Shown here in pieces: positions 59,677 to 64,000 of a DNA stretch of 64,000 nucleotides (its first letter is position 1; the number at the start of each line of letters is the position of its first letter). The stretch is from an uncultured delta proteobacterium (GTDB lineage Bacteria > Myxococcota_A > Polyangia > Polyangiales > Houyiibacteriaceae): the NCBI GenBank assembly GCA_963699755.1, contig CAVOVB010000001.1, forward strand, positions 32,001 to 96,000, written 5' to 3'. A program made the translations under genes and the position numbers. The notes beneath the pieces are model-generated. The model saw only the letters and a program-made list of their open reading frames with translations, was not told where the DNA came from and did no database searches.

Positions 59677-60564
59677 ATGACTCTACCACGACGCGTCCTT
59701 CCTGATAGAACCTATCTCGTCACCCGCCGCTGCATCGGCCGCCGCTTCTTGCTGCGCCCCGACGGCGCCCTCAACAACCTGTTTGTTTATTGCCTAGGCA
59801 GAGCCGCAAAGAAATACGGCGTGCAGCTCCATGCCCTGAGCGTCATGAGCAATCACTACCACCTGGTACTGACCGACGTCGAGGGGGTGCTCCCCGACTT
59901 CATGGCTTGGCTCAACCGACAGCTAGCGAAGTGCATCAAGCGTCTTCGGGACTGGGATGAAGTAGTCTGGGAGCCAAACGTGCCGTACAGCGCCGTCGAG
60001 CTTAGCGGCCCGACCGAAGTGCTCGACAAAGTCGCGTACGTGCTCCTCAATCCGGTCAGCGCAGGCCTGGTGCACTCGCCCGAGCGATGGCCTGGGGCGT
60101 TGAGCACCCTTGGAACGCTCCGCGCGGGCGTCATGAGCGCTAAACATCCGCGCCTCTGGTTCAAGAACAGCGCACCTAGCAAGGTGAAGCTTGCACTCAC
60201 CGCGCCGCCGTGCTTTTCGGATCGAATCGCCTACCTCGAAGCGCTCAAGGCGCTTCTGACAACCCGCGTGTCGATGCTGCGTTCCGAGCTTCGCCATCAC
60301 GGTCACGGCTTTCTTGGACGCACCCGTGTCCAGAAGACACTCGTCACAGACCGACCGCAGACGAGGAGTCCGCGCTTCGGACTCAACCCTACTTTTTCGG
60401 CGCTCACTCGCGCAGCGTGGCTTGCCGCAGCCCAACAGCTCCGCGCATTCCGTCTCGCCTATCGAGAAGCCTACCGAGCGTGGCGAAGCGGCGTGCGTGA
60501 TGTCGCCTTCCCCGCCGGCACTTGGTGGGTCGTACGCTGCGCCGGTGCGGCAACGGCGACCTAG
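59677..60564 (+). CDS. RAYT-like Y1 HUH transposase with C-terminal extension
   Basis: YLVTRRC, MSNHYH (HUH), YVLLNPVSAGLV..PERWP; 295 aa. Confidence 0.88.
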   Translation: MTLPRRVLPDRTYLVTRRCIGRRFLLRPDGALNNLFVYCLGRAAKKYGVQLHALSVMSNHYHLVLTDVEGVLPDFMAWLNRQLAKCIKRLRDWDEVVWEPNVPYSAVELSGPTEVLDKVAYVLLNPVSAGLVHSPERWPGALSTLGTLRAGVMSAKHPRLWFKNSAPSKVKLALTAPPCFSDRIAYLEALKALLTTRVSMLRSELRHHGHGFLGRTRVQKTLVTDRPQTRSPRFGLNPTFSALTRAAWLAAAQQLRAFRLAYREAYRAWRSGVRDVAFPAGTWWVVRCAGAATAT

Positions 60565-60788
60565 CGAGCACCGCGGGGCAGCTTCGAAAGGCTCGACTGG
60601 GGTTGTCCAGGACCCGAACGGCTGCGAGCGCCCCGAAACGCAGATGCTCGCAAGACCCATGCCTTGGCCCCCTTCCGTGGGTGACGCAGACTAGAAGAAG
60701 CCTAGTCTGTCCATCACACCTCTCTCCCAAGAAGGCGGTGGGGAGATCCTCTGCTACCCGTCAACTACAAGTCAATGCAGAACGGTTG

Positions 60789-60857
60789 CTTAACTATTCT
60801 TAACTATTCTTAACTATTCCTAAACTGTTCTTAAACCATTCTTAACCATTCTTAAAC
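60789..60857. repeat. AT-rich 10-11-bp tandem array
   Basis: CTTAACTATT x3, CCTAAACTGTT, CTTAAACCATT, CTTAACCATT, CTTAAAC. Confidence 0.95.
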
Positions 60858-60987
60858 GTGGGACGGTTACCTAGACTTCAACATGGGGCAGTTCCCTCGG
60901 GATGGTTGCTGGTTGCTTGCCCTGGAGTGGGAAGTCGTCCCTGGGAAGTCGTCCCAGGAAGTCGTCCCTGGGAAGTCGTCCCAGGTT
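60855..60987. mobile_element. Inverted REP-like doublet (REPIN-like)
   Basis: +AACGTGGGACGGTTACCTAG (60855) versus -AACCTGGGACGACTTCCCAG (60987), 15/20 identical; hairpin CCTGGGA-AGTCG-TCCCAGG x2. Confidence 0.6.
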
Positions 60988-61016
60988 GAGAATGCGGAGA
61001 ATGCGGAGGAGAATGT
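60903..61016. repeat. Nested tandem micro-duplications
   Basis: TGGTTGC x2; GGAAGTCGTCCC x4 as a perfect 27-bp duplication (60930, 60957); GAGAATGCG x2 plus GAGAATGTG. Confidence 0.92.
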
Positions 61017-61056
61017 GGCCTGGCCAGCTGCCTCGTCGACGCCTCATGAACCAATT

Positions 61057-61455
61057 CTATCGCCGCTCTGCATTCGCCGCGCTGACCTGCTCGTTGAGCG
61101 TCCAGTAGTCGTAAAGGATGCCGAGGCCAGCGAGCCCCACGGTGAGGAAGTAGATCAGGCCGGTCAGGTACTTGCCCATGTAAATTCGGTGGATTCCGAA
61201 GATGCCGACAAAGGTGAGCAGGATCCACGCCACGTTGTGGTCGACCGGGCCCGATTCATATCGAAGCTCCGCCGAACGATCGAGCGAGGGCATCAAGAAC
61301 AAGTCGACGAGCCAACCGATGCCCAGCAGCCCCAACGTCAAGAACCAAATCGTCCCGCTCACCGGGCGCCCATAGTAAAAACGGTGTGCCCCCATGAACC
61401 CAAAGATCCATAGCAAATAGCCGATGCCGAGATTGTGCGTATCACCCTGCGCCAT
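61057..61455 (-). CDS. TM2/NINE domain protein (two repeats)
   Basis: GAHRFYYG and GIHRIYMG. Confidence 0.88.
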   Translation of the reverse strand: MAQGDTHNLGIGYLLWIFGFMGAHRFYYGRPVSGTIWFLTLGLLGIGWLVDLFLMPSLDRSAELRYESGPVDHNVAWILLTFVGIFGIHRIYMGKYLTGLIYFLTVGLAGLGILYDYWTLNEQVSAANAERR

Positions 61456-61593
61456 GACGGGATCTCTACGATCCGCCCAGCCATGGGCAAGTGCTTCTGG
61501 GCACGCACAATGCCTCGATCGCCCTCCGACGGCGATGGGTCCCGCTCCGCCGCTCCACCGGCCCCCGGACCCGGCCCGGGCACGAGCACCTGC

Positions 61594-61755
61594 CTAGCCC
61601 TTGCTGATCTTGCCTTCTTTGTGCGGCTGGTGGCTGCGGCACTTCGGGCAGAACTTCTTGATGTGGAACTTCTCCGGCATGTTCCGCTTGTTCTTGTCCG
61701 TCGTATAGTTGTCTTTGCCGCAGGTTTCGCAGCTGAGCTTGATGAGGTCGCGCAT
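61594..61755 (-). CDS. rpmG: 50S ribosomal protein L33 (Zn-ribbon form)
   Basis: Hand translation MRDLIKLSCETCGKDNYTTDKNKRNMPEKFHIKKFCPKCRSHQPHKEGKISKG; below the ORF-track cutoff. Confidence 0.93.
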   Translation of the reverse strand: MRDLIKLSCETCGKDNYTTDKNKRNMPEKFHIKKFCPKCRSHQPHKEGKISKG

Positions 61756-61868
61756 GGGAATTGCTTGCCTTCTTGGCGGGAAGGGGCGGAGTGTAGCGGG
61801 GCCCGCCGCCCCGTCAAATCCGCGCTCGAATCCCTAGATCCTTCCCCTGGATCCAGTGTAAACCCCCA

Positions 61869-63812
61869 ATGATGTTCGAACCCAAGCGCAACAACGGCAC
61901 CCCGGCTCAATACATCGCCCGGCGCAGCGAGACCGTAGGAGAGATGTTCCTGAAGCGCGTCGAGCGCGACGGCGAGCGCCCGGCCTTCCATTTCAAAGAC
62001 GGCGGGGATTGGCAGCCGGTCGGCTGGAACAGCTTCTCGGACCGGGCCGGGGCGATCGCCTCGTACCTCATAGGGCTCGGTCTGGAGATTCAGGAGAAGG
62101 TCTGCATGGTGGGCAGCACAGGCCCCGAGTGGTGTTACTGCGACGTCGGAGGTCTGCTCGCCGGCGCCGTGACGCTCGGCGCCTACCCCACTCTCACACC
62201 GAAGCAACTCGCATACATCCTCGGCCACAGCGACGCGAAGGTCGCCTTCGTCGAAGGCATCGAAGAGATCAACAAAATCCTCGCGCGCCGCGACGAGCTC
62301 ACCAAGCTCGAAGAGGTCATCGTCTGGAATAGCACCGGCGCCGAGTCGCTCATGGAAGCACACGACTGGCTCGTACCCTTCGAGCGCGTCCTTCAAACGC
62401 CGGTCGACCGCGCCGCCATCGAGGCACGCGTCGCTGCGGTAGACCCGACGAGCACCGCGATCATCGTCTACACCAGCGGCACCACCGGCCCACCCAAAGG
62501 CGCGATGATCTCCCACCAAAACATCATGACGATCATGAAAGACCAGGATGAAGCCTTCGCGATCAACGAGGACGACGTCGGCCTGAGCTTTCTCCCAATG
62601 GCCCACGTGGCCGAGCGGGTCCTCGCGTTCTACGGCCGCATCAACACCGGCATGGGCACCTATTTCGCGTCGAGCATTGCCAAGGTCCTCGAAGAAGTCG
62701 CCGAGGTGAAGCCGACGATCTTCGGCAGCGTTCCGCGCATCTTCGAAAAGGCCTACGCGAAGATCATGAGCACAGTCGAGCGAGCCCCCGCGACGCGGCA
62801 GCGCATCTTCCGCTGGGCGGAGCGGGTCGGCCGCGAGGCGGTGCAGCACTGGCAGGCGAGCAAACCCATCCCGTTTGGCTTGAAGCTCAGGTACGGCATC
62901 GCCGACCGACTCGTCTTTTCCAAGCTCCGAGCGGTCTTCGGCGGGCGCGTGCGCTACTTCATCACCGGGGCCGCACCGATCGCCCCCGAAATCCTCGAGT
63001 TCTTCTGGGCAGCTGGCTTTCCGATCTACGAGATGTACGGAATGACCGAGTCGACCGTGATCACCCACGCCAACGTCCCCGGCAACGTCAAGCTCGGCTC
63101 GGTCGGTCGCGCGCTGAGCATCGTGGAGGACCGCATCGCAGACGACGGCGAGATTCTGGTCCGCGGCAAAATCGTGTTTCAGGGCTACTATAAGAACCCC
63201 GAAGCCACGGCGGAAACGATCATCGACGGTTGGCTCTATACCGGCGACGTCGGCAAGAAGGACGAAGACGGCTACCTCTATATCCTCGATCGCAAGAAGC
63301 ACATTATCATCACGGCCGGCGGCAAGAACCTCACCCCTTCCAACATCGAAAACGAAATCAAAGCGTCCGACCCCTTCATCAGCCAAGCCCATGCGCACGG
63401 TGACAAGCGGAAGTATCTGGTCGCTTTGATCACGATCGGCGCTGCGGAAGCCGTGGAGTGGGCGCGAGAACAGGGCTCCATCGATGATGCGACCGCCGAC
63501 GAACACATCAGGGACTTGACGGAGAACCCGCTTGGGCGCTCCGAGGCGCTCCAGACCTTGCTCGCAGAGGTCGCACGACAGCCCGAGGTGCAGAAGCGGA
63601 TCGTCGCTTCGGTGAGAAGGGCGAACGAAAGCCTTTCACGGGTCGAGACCATCAAGAAGGTCTACGTCCTCGACCGCGAGTTCAGCGTCGAAGAAGACGA
63701 GCTCACCCCCACGCTCAAGCTCAAGCGCAAGAACGTCGAGGCGAAGTTCCAAGAAACCTTCGATCGGCTTTACGAAGACGAGGCGTTTGGCTTGCCCGTC
63801 GTGCCGGCCTAA
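61869..63812 (+). CDS. fadD: Long-chain fatty acid-CoA ligase
   Basis: YTSGTTGPPKG, YGMTE, TGDVG, TPTLKLKR. Confidence 0.92.
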   Translation: MMFEPKRNNGTPAQYIARRSETVGEMFLKRVERDGERPAFHFKDGGDWQPVGWNSFSDRAGAIASYLIGLGLEIQEKVCMVGSTGPEWCYCDVGGLLAGAVTLGAYPTLTPKQLAYILGHSDAKVAFVEGIEEINKILARRDELTKLEEVIVWNSTGAESLMEAHDWLVPFERVLQTPVDRAAIEARVAAVDPTSTAIIVYTSGTTGPPKGAMISHQNIMTIMKDQDEAFAINEDDVGLSFLPMAHVAERVLAFYGRINTGMGTYFASSIAKVLEEVAEVKPTIFGSVPRIFEKAYAKIMSTVERAPATRQRIFRWAERVGREAVQHWQASKPIPFGLKLRYGIADRLVFSKLRAVFGGRVRYFITGAAPIAPEILEFFWAAGFPIYEMYGMTESTVITHANVPGNVKLGSVGRALSIVEDRIADDGEILVRGKIVFQGYYKNPEATAETIIDGWLYTGDVGKKDEDGYLYILDRKKHIIITAGGKNLTPSNIENEIKASDPFISQAHAHGDKRKYLVALITIGAAEAVEWAREQGSIDDATADEHIRDLTENPLGRSEALQTLLAEVARQPEVQKRIVASVRRANESLSRVETIKKVYVLDREFSVEEDELTPTLKLKRKNVEAKFQETFDRLYEDEAFGLPVVPA

Positions 63813-63823
63813 GCTTGGCCTTC

Positions 63824-64000
63824 ATGCGTCTCGCCCTGACCTGCCTTCTCGTGCTGCTCTTCGCGTCCCCCGCCCTCGCGTTCGAAGGTGTGCTCGAAGC
63901 AAGCCTATCGAGCGAGCAAGGCGTCGCTGCCCGGGTTCGCGCTCGCTACTCGAAAACCGGCGACGTCCGCATGGACATCCAGTCGACGGACGAGAACGGC
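63824..64000 (+). CDS. Secreted protein (DUF4412-like), partial
   Basis: MRLALTCLLVLLFASPALAFEGV...GDVRMD; runs off the window. Confidence 0.55.
   Translation, partial: MRLALTCLLVLLFASPALAFEGVLEASLSSEQGVAARVRARYSKTGDVRMDIQSTDENG

Noticed and set aside
59677..60564. Classical IS200/IS605 element with TnpB
   Set aside because: No tnpB; the protein is about twice TnpA size and has the RAYT-type NPVxAGLV motif
60789..61016. CRISPR or TIGR-like array
   Set aside because: Repeats are short and contiguous with no unique spacers; no cas or Nop-domain gene recognised
61540..61590. Degenerate CCGCTCC/CCCGG repeats downstream of rpmG
   Set aside because: GC-rich low complexity without the AACSTGGGACG core; too weak to link to the RAYT
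61359..63506. Long antisense or alternative-frame ORFs (also 673-1785, 18879-20129, 24967-26355, 27993-29417)
   Set aside because: Shadow ORFs of well-supported genes, expected at high GC; no motifs

Overview
GC-rich bacterial chromosomal window. A MYXO-CTERM-like sorting tail, a Ser/Thr kinase and many Cys-rich lipoproteins suggest Myxococcota/Polyangiales (inference). About 60 genes can be called by eye. (1) 1-2.8 kb is a decaying toxin-antitoxin/defence patch: internally deleted HigB-like toxin plus HigA-like HTH, a DUF1016_N-thermonuclease fusion, DUF4160 and helicase remnants, and an intact DUF4258/HTH pair with a palindromic operator. (2) Many lipid and hydrocarbon genes: a sterol-desaturase-family gene fused in frame to a secreted propeller, alkB with AraC, a CrtI-like reductase, patatin, WS/DGAT with acyltransferase and esterases, and FadD. 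(3) Housekeeping and repair genes: xth, a Ski2-like helicase, rmuC, typA, Smr and rpmG. (4) Many secreted or lipoproteins of unknown function, three with sigma54-like promoters. (5) A RAYT-like HUH transposase at 59677-60564. It is followed by a hairpin-rich tract and an inverted pair of ~20-nt REP-like motifs (core AAC[C/G]TGGGACG) embedded in tandem micro-duplications. The same core occurs inside an in-frame tandem duplication in an esterase gene ~8 kb away. This is the best candidate for an undescribed activity: motif-directed local repeat expansion. Several genes survive as deletion-shortened minigenes. No rRNA, tRNA or CRISPR array was recognised. All family calls come from motif recognition by eye; no database searches were run.
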